The notes under the pieces are model-generated. The model did no database searches, had not been told where the DNA came from, and saw nothing but the letters and a program-made list of their open reading frames with translations. The position numbers and the translations under genes were made by a program. Of a stretch of 64,000 nucleotides of DNA, positions 48,454-58,088 are shown piece by piece. Position 1 is the stretch's first letter. Each line of letters begins with the position of its first letter. The DNA lies in NCBI GenBank assembly GCA_963661325.1, contig CAVLBP010000001.1, positions 113 through 64,112 of the forward strand, written 5' to 3'. This DNA is from a bacterium. Lineage in GTDB: Bacteria > Bacillota > Clostridia > Lachnospirales > Lachnospiraceae.

Positions 48454-49213
48454 CTGTTATCCTCTTCTTTCCCACTTCTCTTGCAATGACGTAAATGCGC
48501 TCGGTCTCTTCCGAAACTCCTGCCATGGTATCTGCATCTAAGATCTCAAGCAGATCCATACCGCCCTCACGCAATGCCTTTTTGATCTCTTCTATCTCAT
48601 AGGCGCGCTGATAATGCACCTCTTCAAATCGCATAAAGTAATCCGGATCTTCCTCATCCTGAATATAAAGCGTCAGGTCATATTCGTTGATCCCGGTCGC
48701 CTCATCAAAGGTATTCTCCCAGATAAAACTGCCCTGTTCACGATTCTCGGCAAAGGTATTGTCCGCCAGTTGACTGCGATACTTATAGGTTGTATTCATA
48801 TCGAAGATAAAGATACCGTCCGGATCCAGATAATTGTTGACTAGGCGTATAACCTCGACCAGATCTGTATAGTCCACGATATAGTTCATGGAATCACATA
48901 CACTGACCACTGCCGCGACCGTGCCATACAACTCAAAAGCCCGCATATCCTGGCACAGATAAAGGATGCCCTCTGCGGGATGTTCCATAGCAATACCAAG
49001 CATTTCGTAAGAATTGTCAATGCCGATCATGTCATATCCGGCTTCAGCCAGACGTCTTGTCATTTTGCCGGTACCACAGCCCAACTCTGCCACCAGCCCC
49101 TCTGTAATCTTATACTGTCCTAAAATGCCCAGTAAGTTGTCTTTCCAGACATCATAAGGCACATTATCCATAAAAAGGTCATAGACCTCTGCAAAACTTT
49201 CGTACGCTGCCAT
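48440..49213 (-). CDS. class I SAM-dependent methyltransferase
   Basis: Motif I is VAELGCGTGKMT. Its 3' end overlaps the hslO start by 14 nt. Confidence 0.8.
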   Translation of the reverse strand: MAAYESFAEVYDLFMDNVPYDVWKDNLLGILGQYKITEGLVAELGCGTGKMTRRLAEAGYDMIGIDNSYEMLGIAMEHPAEGILYLCQDMRAFELYGTVAAVVSVCDSMNYIVDYTDLVEVIRLVNNYLDPDGIFIFDMNTTYKYRSQLADNTFAENREQGSFIWENTFDEATGINEYDLTLYIQDEEDPDYFMRFEEVHYQRAYEIEEIKKALREGGMDLLEILDADTMAGVSEETERIYVIAREVGKKRITDECI

Positions 49214-49262
49214 ATTCCCTCTGCTCGATTTTAACCATATGTAATACTAACACATTTTTGTG

Positions 49263-50951
49263 TTAGTATTGCATACTTTGATAATATTTTTCCAATCTAT
49301 CAACACAAGACAAAAAGATAACACGCAGATTCGGATCGAACTGGGATCCCATACCATCTAACATGATCTCTTTTGCTTCCTGAAATCCCATCGCTTCTTT
49401 ATAGCAGCGGGTGCTAACAAGAGCATCATAGACATCCGCTACGGCCATGAGTCTCGCCTCGATTGGTATCATACTGCCAACCAATCCATCCGGATATCCT
49501 CTGCCATCCCATTGTTCATGATGATATCGGGCAATATTGAAGGCAACATTTACAAAATGGTCTTCCTCTACACCATCCAAAAGGATGTGTACCATCTCGC
49601 CACTCTTTTCAGCATGCAGTCTCATGGTGGCATATTCTTCATCTGTCAGCTTTCCCTGCTTGCAGAGAATAGATGTGTCCACAGATATCTTGCCAAGATC
49701 ATGCATAGGTGCCGCCCGCACAATATCTTCCGCCAGTTGTTCGTCCATCTTAAGATTTCCGCGTTTCTGAATTTCCTCGACCAAAATCGCCATTACGTCA
49801 CTTGTTCTCTTAACGTGTCCTCCGGTGTTGTCATCACGGTTCTCAATAATGTTTGCCATACCAATGGTGATCTTTCTCTGTATGTCAACAATATTTTGTG
49901 TCTTTTTGGCAACTTCTGCACTCAGTGTCTCGTTGTAGGACTTCATGATATCCAGAGTTCTTTGTTCATCCGTAGCATCCCGGAAATCAAAGAGATATCC
50001 CTGAATTTTCCCATCCCGGCGGAAGGAAATCTCAGAGATCTCACAGATGCAGACCATATCCCCTACAGAAAACTTTTTGGATACGGTTCCGTCTTTTTGA
50101 TACCTTGCCAGCATGTCCGAAAAGAATTTTTCTTCTTTTGGCAATTTTTCATCCACATACTGCTTTTCCAGAAATGGTACAAACGTGAAGGCTCTCTCAT
50201 TGCAGCTCATAAAATCCATTTGCCTGTTCAGCGCCACGTAGCCCCGTCGATTGGAATATTTCTGCTGCTGAGATACTATGCTTGAGATATCATGCAGATG
50301 CATATGATCATAATTGACGGCTATATATACAGATGACGCAGCATAGAAATACGGTAAAAAGGAAAAATCCACGTCAAACACACATTCTGCCACATATACA
50401 ACAACAAAAAGTGCTGCCATGAAAGAGTAATTATGGAGCAGTTTTCTGGAATGAGTTCCCTTTTTCAAATACATGACGATCATAGTCCCGGCGATTGCTC
50501 CCATGACAATGATCAGATAGATCAGATGTATGATCTTAAGCGGTCCGGAGGTCATCTTGGTGACACTCCCCGCATCCTTTATGGTCACTGTCAGAGAACT
50601 ATAATATAAGTTTGTCCCAAATGATACCCACACAACGGCCGCATGGATCAATGCAATCCCGTAGCCAAGCAGTTTGTATCTGGCTTTTACATGCAGTCCA
50701 AAGGTATGGGTCATAGCAAAAAAAGAAACCATGAGCAAGACCGTACTGTCCAGATAAATAAAACAAAAGGCCATCTCTGCCGCCTCCGATGTCGTCACCC
50801 TGGACTTGAGCCAGTATCCCAGAATAACGATGGGGATCAGAAGGACGATCGTCCAATCGTAAATATTGATATTTTCGTAATTTTTCGCTGCCATCAGGAT
50901 CACAACAAAAACTGCTACGATCAGGCACAATCCAAATCCTGTTGTTGCCAT
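49263..50951 (-). CDS. 7-TM membrane protein with a C-terminal HD-GYP domain (c-di-GMP phosphodiesterase family)
   Basis: About seven N-terminal TM helices are followed by HD-GYP signatures HDLGKISV and HHEQWDGRGYPDGL (canonical GYP). The ATG directly abuts the stop of the upstream REC gene (TAAATG). Confidence 0.85.
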   Translation of the reverse strand: MATTGFGLCLIVAVFVVILMAAKNYENINIYDWTIVLLIPIVILGYWLKSRVTTSEAAEMAFCFIYLDSTVLLMVSFFAMTHTFGLHVKARYKLLGYGIALIHAAVVWVSFGTNLYYSSLTVTIKDAGSVTKMTSGPLKIIHLIYLIIVMGAIAGTMIVMYLKKGTHSRKLLHNYSFMAALFVVVYVAECVFDVDFSFLPYFYAASSVYIAVNYDHMHLHDISSIVSQQQKYSNRRGYVALNRQMDFMSCNERAFTFVPFLEKQYVDEKLPKEEKFFSDMLARYQKDGTVSKKFSVGDMVCICEISEISFRRDGKIQGYLFDFRDATDEQRTLDIMKSYNETLSAEVAKKTQNIVDIQRKITIGMANIIENRDDNTGGHVKRTSDVMAILVEEIQKRGNLKMDEQLAEDIVRAAPMHDLGKISVDTSILCKQGKLTDEEYATMRLHAEKSGEMVHILLDGVEEDHFVNVAFNIARYHHEQWDGRGYPDGLVGSMIPIEARLMAVADVYDALVSTRCYKEAMGFQEAKEIMLDGMGSQFDPNLRVIFLSCVDRLEKYYQSMQY

Positions 50952-51719
50952 TTATCTTAACTGCTCCTTAATAAATACTTCTGCAATCGCATGAAGTGTG
51001 GCTTCCTTAGACTGACTCTTTAAGAGGTAGCCCTGTGGCTTCAGTGCGATCAAAGATTTCACGGTCTGTGCATCGTCCTTGGATGTCAAAAACATGACCG
51101 GTACGTCTGCCATTGTAGGCTCATTTCGAAGCATCTCCAAAAATTGTGCCCCATTGCAGACCGGCATCTCATAATCTAAAAGGATCAGATCCGGCTTATT
51201 TGTCTCGATCATGTGAAAAGCCGCTGTCGCCGAGGGACAAACATTGACATTGTAATCCCTCTCCAGCCATTCCGATACCAGTCGCAGAAAGGACGGAGAA
51301 TCATCCACCACTAATATACTCTTTTTCGCGCCTTTTGCATCGTAGCCATTCACCAGGGTCTTCAACTTTTCTACAATCTCCGTATTGTTGACCGGCCGTT
51401 CAAAACTTGCTGCAAACACATTGGTAGCACTCACATCGTACAGACTCTGCAGGGTATTGCGATAGCCAATCAGAATGATCTTTCTGTTGAACTCAATGCA
51501 TCGGTCATACAGATAGACTCTGGAATCTACATTTTTCAACAAAAGTTCCGCATCTACAATAAAAAATTTGGGCATCTGGCTGATTGTCTGTAACTGCTTC
51601 ATGTGAATATTACAGGTATCTACTTCATAACCGGAATTTTTCAGATTTTCTTTTAATGAGCGAATGATAAAAGATTGTTCGTCGTCTTCTAAAAACAGGA
51701 AATCACATAATCCTATCAT
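50952..51719 (-). CDS. stand-alone response regulator: a degenerate REC-like domain plus a canonical REC, with no output domain
   Basis: The C-terminal REC reads ILVVDDSPSF...PDLILLDYEMPVCNG...FLTSK. The N-terminal half has REC-like topology with poor acidic-pocket conservation. Confidence 0.8.
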   Translation of the reverse strand: MIGLCDFLFLEDDEQSFIIRSLKENLKNSGYEVDTCNIHMKQLQTISQMPKFFIVDAELLLKNVDSRVYLYDRCIEFNRKIILIGYRNTLQSLYDVSATNVFAASFERPVNNTEIVEKLKTLVNGYDAKGAKKSILVVDDSPSFLRLVSEWLERDYNVNVCPSATAAFHMIETNKPDLILLDYEMPVCNGAQFLEMLRNEPTMADVPVMFLTSKDDAQTVKSLIALKPQGYLLKSQSKEATLHAIAEVFIKEQLR

Positions 51720-51754
51720 GATTTACTATTTCTCCTCTCTGTCCATATATTCTG

Positions 51755-54718
51755 CTATTTATTTAAAGCCTCACATAGTTCTGCTGTCTTGGGGGCGTCC
51801 AGATTAGCCACCGCGTTTTGCAATTCCGCAAGCAATTTTTCCTTTTCTTCGTTCCAAGGATAGGACTGCAATTTTTCCATAAGGGTATCTGCACTCTTGA
51901 TATCATATGCATTCATACTTGTCTTTAAAAGATGCAGAATGGATCCCAAGTCTTCACCGGATGGCATCTGATCCTTTTTCTCTTCCTTTGGCAGGCTGTC
52001 CGCCACAGCCTTTCCAAGCTTCTCCCAATCCTCAAAGAAGTAAGGTGCCATTGCAAGGATCTTGTCCGTCCTGTCGGATATGGCAGCATTTTCCAGTGAA
52101 GCCGCAAGGCCATAGACCTGAAAAGCTCCCATGATATTAGCAGAAGCCTTCATAGCATGCACCTTAATACGGAAACTTCTAAGACTGTCACGATCAGACG
52201 GATCTTCCTGAATTGCGTCAAAATATGTGCGCAATTCTGCCAGTTCTGAACCTGCTACCGTTTCAAACTGTTTTAGCACCGCCAGATAACTCTTCATCCC
52301 GCCCGTATGATTCAATCCATATGCTACATCCACGCCGGAGATTACCGGAAGTTTGGTCTCGTCTTCTCTTTTTTCAGTCTTTTTCTGATTCTTCTTTACA
52401 AGTGACGGTGAAAGGTACTGCAGTATCTGCTTCTCCAGAATTTCAGGCTGGATCGGTTTTGCCAGAAAATCATCAAATCCCATACCACAATATTCTTCTT
52501 TGGCTCCTTTTAGGGCATTCGCCGTCAATGCAATGATTGTCGTTTTTTTATTCATACCGTCCTCTTGATTTCGGATAGCATGCATAGCCTCAACGCCATC
52601 CATTTCCGGCATCATGTGATCCATAAAGATCAGATCGTATTTTTTCTTCTTCGTCTTTTCCAGAGACATACGACCGGAGCTAACAGCGTCGATCTGCACC
52701 TGGGTTTCTTTTAAGAGTTCCGTAAATACCGTCAGGTTCATCGCATTATCATCTACTACCAGAACCTTAGCATCCGGTGCGGAAAAGAGCGCCTGATAGG
52801 CTTCATCTGTCTCATCCTCTTCGTCCAGGTCAAAGACACCGATCGGACTTTCATCCACTACCTTCTGCTCTACCTCAAAGTAGAATTCGCTTCCCTCCCC
52901 ATATTGGGAGATAACATGAAGTTCTGAATCCATCAGCCCCAAAATACCATTTACAAGATTCAGACCTATACCCGTTCCCTCCACTGCATGATTTCTTTTT
53001 TCATCAAATCTGGAAAATCGGTCAGTCAGTTTTTTCAAATCTTCCTCACGGATACCGATACCTGTGTCCTTAACCGATATCAGAAGATGCAACTGGTCTT
53101 CATGTACTTTTCCATAGATGGTAAGGGTAACGCTGCCCTCATCTGTGTATTTTGCTGCATTGGTAATCAGATTTATGATAACCTGCTTCAGGCGTATCAT
53201 ATCTCCATATAAAAGATTCGGGATGTTTTCTGCAATATTGCATTTAAAATCCAAACGATCAAACTCTGCTCTTGTCCTGACCATACTGATGACATCCTTG
53301 AGGAGTTGGCGGAAAGAATACTCTTCCGACACCAGTTCCATCTTGTCAGCCTCGATCTTTGAGATATCAAGGATACCATTGATCAGAGACAATAGCATAT
53401 TGGATGCATTCCCTACATTCTTGGCATAAGACCGGATAGCCGGCTCCTTGGATTCTCTGAGAATCATTGTGTTGAGACCAATGATGGTATTGATAGGCGT
53501 ACGAATCTCATGAGACATATTGGCCAGGAAAGTAGACTTTGCTTTACTCTCATGCTCTGCCTCGTCTGCCCGATCAATGATGGATTCAATTTCCTTTTTC
53601 TCCTCATTGATCACCTGGATGGCAAAGACAACTTTTTCCAGACTTCCATCATCCGCCCGATCCATAGCAAAGAAACGGGTACGGCACCAGCCATAGTTGA
53701 CGCTGACATACTCGAAAGCAATGGTATTCTTGCCTTCTAAACGTTCTGCCAAGGTGGTAAGATCGCAAAATTCATAGGCCAATTCCTTATAAGAATCAGC
53801 ACTGTCATATTCAAACATGCCTCGCAACTGCTTGGCTGCTCCCTTGTTCTTCGGTCTGAGTTTTTCTGACTCTTCATCTGCGACCACAGGTGTCAGCGTA
53901 TCCGACTTTAGATCAATGATATAAATAATGGAATACATGTCTGACAGACTGAGGATCCCGGATTTTTTGATCTCCATCTCCTTGACTGTTTTCTTGTAAG
54001 TCACATCAGATGCAATATAAAGTATCAGTGAGACCAGCCAAAAGATAATCAATGCCACGATCAGATAAATATTCTGTCCATCCATGATCGTACGGTGAAA
54101 ATGATAGGTCACCTGATAGGTCGTTGACTCTGGAAAATCCAGGTAATACAGGATAAATCCCATAGTCAGTTCTGCCCCTTTTGCCACCGGCATCTCATCG
54201 TTTTTTTCGGATGGATAATAAATGACATAATCCCCTTTGTAAAGCGGAATCAAAAGGTCGCCATCATAAAGATAATCCAGTGTCACATCTTCCAGCTTGT
54301 AATTTCTCAGATCAAGGGTCTGCACCTTGCTATCTCCGTTTACGTTCTGGTGTATCTCGACCGTACCGCACCATGCCTGATTGATCAGACAGTCATCCTG
54401 AATGTCAACCCGCATCTGCCAGTCTTTTATTTCGTATTTGGATTTATTGACCATGTTTACATCCATGGTCTGGGCTTGCAGATCCACAGTCTCGCCATAA
54501 AGATCATAACCACGCTTGAGCCAGGAACTTGTAGAATCTTCCTTTCCGGCGATCGTCACACTCACGCCTTCACTTTCCTTTGCTCCTTTCAAAACGTGTT
54601 CTTTTGCATTGAAATATTTCACATAGGAGATCTCTCCTATGAGCATAATAAGAATGACCACAGGCAGAATGATAATTATCTTTTTGATACCCCCCAGCCT
54701 GTTCTTATCTGTTGTCAT
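51755..54718 (-). CDS. hybrid sensor histidine kinase/response regulator with an extracytoplasmic sensor domain and a C-terminal HPt
   Basis: The layout is TM, a ~190-aa outside domain, then TM. It has an H-box FLANMSHEIRTPINTIIG, HATPase boxes (TNAAKYT, DTGIGI, GTGIGL), a REC (VLVVDDNAMN...LIFMDHMMPEMDG) and an HPt (RIKVHAMKASANIMGA). Confidence 0.9.
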   Translation of the reverse strand: MTTDKNRLGGIKKIIIILPVVILIMLIGEISYVKYFNAKEHVLKGAKESEGVSVTIAGKEDSTSSWLKRGYDLYGETVDLQAQTMDVNMVNKSKYEIKDWQMRVDIQDDCLINQAWCGTVEIHQNVNGDSKVQTLDLRNYKLEDVTLDYLYDGDLLIPLYKGDYVIYYPSEKNDEMPVAKGAELTMGFILYYLDFPESTTYQVTYHFHRTIMDGQNIYLIVALIIFWLVSLILYIASDVTYKKTVKEMEIKKSGILSLSDMYSIIYIIDLKSDTLTPVVADEESEKLRPKNKGAAKQLRGMFEYDSADSYKELAYEFCDLTTLAERLEGKNTIAFEYVSVNYGWCRTRFFAMDRADDGSLEKVVFAIQVINEEKKEIESIIDRADEAEHESKAKSTFLANMSHEIRTPINTIIGLNTMILRESKEPAIRSYAKNVGNASNMLLSLINGILDISKIEADKMELVSEEYSFRQLLKDVISMVRTRAEFDRLDFKCNIAENIPNLLYGDMIRLKQVIINLITNAAKYTDEGSVTLTIYGKVHEDQLHLLISVKDTGIGIREEDLKKLTDRFSRFDEKRNHAVEGTGIGLNLVNGILGLMDSELHVISQYGEGSEFYFEVEQKVVDESPIGVFDLDEEDETDEAYQALFSAPDAKVLVVDDNAMNLTVFTELLKETQVQIDAVSSGRMSLEKTKKKKYDLIFMDHMMPEMDGVEAMHAIRNQEDGMNKKTTIIALTANALKGAKEEYCGMGFDDFLAKPIQPEILEKQILQYLSPSLVKKNQKKTEKREDETKLPVISGVDVAYGLNHTGGMKSYLAVLKQFETVAGSELAELRTYFDAIQEDPSDRDSLRSFRIKVHAMKASANIMGAFQVYGLAASLENAAISDRTDKILAMAPYFFEDWEKLGKAVADSLPKEEKKDQMPSGEDLGSILHLLKTSMNAYDIKSADTLMEKLQSYPWNEEKEKLLAELQNAVANLDAPKTAELCEALNK

Positions 54719-54733
54719 GCTTCTTTCCCCCGT

Positions 54734-55705
54734 CTATCTTTTAGTCCTCGTCGTCAGATCCGTCAGAGGATCGATCTGTTCTAAAATGTTGCTCATGTCT
54801 TCAAACATAAAGCCTTTTTTTGTGATCTTTACTTTGATATCCTCGATATCTCCATCTACCTGTTTGAAATACTGCACAGAATCTGTAATATTGTCAGAAA
54901 TCGCGTCAATAGCTGTCTGGCATGAAGCAAAGACCGCTGCCATCTCCTCACTCTGGGTTGTAACATCTTCCGCTACATCTTTGATACCCGATACCGTCTC
55001 CTGCGTTCTGGCAACTTTATCATGGGACTCCTCAATGGCAGCCTTTGTATTTTCGATGGAATTAACCAGACGATTGTTGCTTTCATTTAGTTCTTCCATA
55101 CTTTCACGAATGGATGCTACCACGCTTTGAATTTCCTTTGACAGGTCATTAACAGAATCCGCAACTACTGCAAAGCCTCTTCCTGCTTCACCGGCTCTTG
55201 CCGCCTCAATGGACGCATTAAGTGCCAGCAAATTTGTCTGACTTGCAAAACCACTGATCATCTCTACCTTGCCCCTGATCTCATCGAAGTTGTGCTGAAA
55301 CTGTTCAAATACGTTCTGCACTTCATCAATGGTACGCGTCACACTGCTGCTGCTGGCGTCCACTTCCTCAATCCCTTGATAGGTATGGTCTGCCGCTTCG
55401 ACCAACTCAGATACGATTCCGTCAAAAGCCGAGGTGATCTTTTCCACATTCCTGAATTCATTCTGGAAATCCTCTACAGAATGGGAAATAGCCTCGTATT
55501 TTTCTTCTACCATGTCAAAAGATTCCTGGATCACATTGACTCCTTCTATAGTATGTTTCTCCTCATCCTGTAATCTTTCTTTTTGTTCTGTCAAAAAACG
55601 TCCCACAGACTGCAAAGCCTGCATCTTTCTTTCTGCTCCAGTGCTTTTCTCTTGATTTTCAACTTGTTCTGTATCTTCTGTTTTTTTCCTTGTAAAAAAG
55701 TTCAT
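54734..55705 (-). CDS. soluble (TM-less) methyl-accepting chemotaxis-type signalling protein
   Basis: It has the MCP hairpin [36 protein letters not shown] and no hydrophobic segment. I moved the start to the ATG at 55705 (MNFFTRKK) after AGGGGGAG. Confidence 0.85.
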   Translation of the reverse strand: MNFFTRKKTEDTEQVENQEKSTGAERKMQALQSVGRFLTEQKERLQDEEKHTIEGVNVIQESFDMVEEKYEAISHSVEDFQNEFRNVEKITSAFDGIVSELVEAADHTYQGIEEVDASSSSVTRTIDEVQNVFEQFQHNFDEIRGKVEMISGFASQTNLLALNASIEAARAGEAGRGFAVVADSVNDLSKEIQSVVASIRESMEELNESNNRLVNSIENTKAAIEESHDKVARTQETVSGIKDVAEDVTTQSEEMAAVFASCQTAIDAISDNITDSVQYFKQVDGDIEDIKVKITKKGFMFEDMSNILEQIDPLTDLTTRTKR

Positions 55706-55718
55706 CCTGTCTCCCCCT

Positions 55719-56819
55719 CTATTCAAATACTACTGCGACCATGGTTTGATTTACATGTTGTTTGCCGTATTGTTCTCCGCCGCCTACAATACCAACGTGC
55801 GGTCCGAGTTTTGCCATATCCGTTAAAAATGGTGTCAGGTAATTCCGATCGGTATATAAAAGATGGCGGTAAATGCAGTTGATCGAGAATACAAAAGATA
55901 TCTTTTTATTTTCTGTTTGTATCTTCTGTCTGGTCTCTTGACCGATCTGCTCATAATCTGCGAGTTCCATAACACTGATCATGTCATTTTCATTGATCTT
56001 CTTGTAATTGATCAGTGAATTATGCTCGCCGACTGCATATGGCGATGCAATGTAGATCTCGTCTCCGATCACTCTTCCCAAAGGATTTGTCAGTACATTG
56101 GTCGCTACCTGTTCCGGTCCGACACCAGCATCTTCACAATATACACTTGCTGCCGGTCTGTCATCAAGGGTCAGCAATTCCTTATTTGCAAGATTTACAG
56201 ATGTTGCAATATGCTGCTTTGCTCCGGCAAGCGGCTTAAAAATCAGTTCGGAATATATCCGGATCTTGCCTGTCGTATTCTTAATGATAGCATAAGCGCA
56301 TGCATCACCATGCAACTGACCATCCACCATCACATATGCGTCTTTTCCTTCCGGCACACCAAAAACTGTACCACCTGCAAGGGTAATACCGGCATTTTCC
56401 AGTGCCACATTCATTGTTGTGACAAGGCGCTCCTCATCATTCGTGCAAAATTCTAAACAAACTGTATTGTCCTTTCCGGGGCTCACCTTTTTTATCTTTT
56501 CTTCCATGACCGGAATATCCGCCATTGGAACTCTGGATAAATTGTGTATCAGCCCCACCTCCGCAACTGCATCCTGTCCATATCCAATCAGAATCATTCT
56601 TTCATCCGATGATTCCGACTTCAGGTAGGTTGTGGAACTGGTACCTATCATCGGCACCTGTCCGTATTTTTGCTTGAGCAGGCGAGACGCCTCCTCCAAT
56701 AGTTTGTAAGAAGTCAATAAAATCAGTAACTTTGGGTTTCGTATTCCTGCAGAAACTTCCTCAACCGCTGCCGCAACATCTGTTTTTGTTGACATACCTG
56801 TCATTATCTGCATTTTCAT
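55719..56819 (-). CDS. FIST-domain (FIST_N + FIST_C) sensory protein
   Basis: Its length and pattern are typical of FIST proteins (PKLLILLTS...MIGTSSTTY...). The FIST_C-like end reads [13 protein letters not shown]...[21 protein letters not shown]. Confidence 0.6.
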   Translation of the reverse strand: MKMQIMTGMSTKTDVAAAVEEVSAGIRNPKLLILLTSYKLLEEASRLLKQKYGQVPMIGTSSTTYLKSESSDERMILIGYGQDAVAEVGLIHNLSRVPMADIPVMEEKIKKVSPGKDNTVCLEFCTNDEERLVTTMNVALENAGITLAGGTVFGVPEGKDAYVMVDGQLHGDACAYAIIKNTTGKIRIYSELIFKPLAGAKQHIATSVNLANKELLTLDDRPAASVYCEDAGVGPEQVATNVLTNPLGRVIGDEIYIASPYAVGEHNSLINYKKINENDMISVMELADYEQIGQETRQKIQTENKKISFVFSINCIYRHLLYTDRNYLTPFLTDMAKLGPHVGIVGGGEQYGKQHVNQTMVAVVFE

Positions 56820-56896
56820 GTTCCTTTCCTATATTATAATTGGCGTTTTATCGAACAGCCGCCTAATATATCTTTTCTTGTAAAATGTTTGCAATC

Positions 56897-58087
56897 CTAA
56901 TTTATTACCGTGATCACATCATCTAAAACATAATGGAATGATGGTGCCGACGCCTTCTCATTCTCCTTATATGGAGTAGAGAGATCTATTGTGTCGGTCG
57001 GATCCTGCGGATCGGTACCGGTAAAGGATCCTGAGAAAACTTCGATCGAACCATTTTCCAGTTTCTTAACCGTATCATCAACGACTGTGTCAATATCTTC
57101 CGGCAGGATGGCTGTATTCATATCAAGTATACGCACCCATCCCTCCTTAAGTCCTGCAACGGCATCCTGGCCAAACACCTTGCCATCAATGCAATCCTCG
57201 ATCTTTTTCCCTTTTAAAAGAGCACTTACAGACTCCTTGAAATAATAGGAATAATCCACGGAACAACTGACAAGAGACCTTGTTGGTGCAATATCCGTCA
57301 TGGACTGATTGTATCCCACATGATAAACAGGGGTGGTCCTGGTAGACGTCTCGCAGGCTGTCGCCGGTCCCACTGTATCGGAATGCTGGGAAATCACCAC
57401 ACATCCCTGTTCGATCAGTTCCGTTGCCGCTTCCTTTTCCTTGTAATAATCCATCCAGGTATTTGTGTATTCAACCATCATCGTAGTTTCCGGAACAACT
57501 GACTGAACACCCAGATAAAATGCAGTATATGCGGAAATTGCCTGAGCATAAGGATAGGCAGCCACAAAGCCAACTTTGGCCTCGTCTGCCGTAATGATGC
57601 CGCTGTCGATCATCTCCTGGATCTTTTCACCTGCAATTACACCACAGACATAACGCCCCTCATAAATGGTAGCATAACAGTTGTGATAATTGGATAGAAC
57701 CGTGTCCGTATTGGCATTATCTCCGGTCGGCACACAAAATTCCACTTCCGGATGCTCTGCTGCGATCTCCTTTACCTTTTCTTCGTAATCATAATTTGTC
57801 GCAATGATATAGTCACAGCCATCATCAATCAGTTCTTCAACAAATTCCCCTACCTGATCGTCCGACACATTGTACTTGTTCACACACTCAATCTGATCTC
57901 CATATGCGCTTTCCAGGCTGTCTCGTGCATCAATAAAATTCTCTGTATAAGGCGTAATCTCATCACCGGAAAAAACAAAACCAATCTTTAGGTGCTTTCC
58001 ATCTGTCTTTGTCACTTGAACAAGGATCAGAGATACGAGGCACATAACCAAAGTTGTAGCCGCACACAAGATATATTTCTTTTTCAT
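56897..58087 (-). CDS. BMP-family (PnrA/Med-like) substrate-binding protein with an uncleaved N-terminal TM anchor
   Basis: It has BMP-family segments (KIGFVFSGDEITPYTENF, DYIIATNYDYE, GFVAAYPYA). I moved the start to the ATG at 58087 (MKKKYIL) after AAGGAGGAG, one nt from the upstream stop. Confidence 0.75.
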   Translation of the reverse strand: MKKKYILCAATTLVMCLVSLILVQVTKTDGKHLKIGFVFSGDEITPYTENFIDARDSLESAYGDQIECVNKYNVSDDQVGEFVEELIDDGCDYIIATNYDYEEKVKEIAAEHPEVEFCVPTGDNANTDTVLSNYHNCYATIYEGRYVCGVIAGEKIQEMIDSGIITADEAKVGFVAAYPYAQAISAYTAFYLGVQSVVPETTMMVEYTNTWMDYYKEKEAATELIEQGCVVISQHSDTVGPATACETSTRTTPVYHVGYNQSMTDIAPTRSLVSCSVDYSYYFKESVSALLKGKKIEDCIDGKVFGQDAVAGLKEGWVRILDMNTAILPEDIDTVVDDTVKKLENGSIEVFSGSFTGTDPQDPTDTIDLSTPYKENEKASAPSFHYVLDDVITVIN

Positions 58088-58088
58088 C

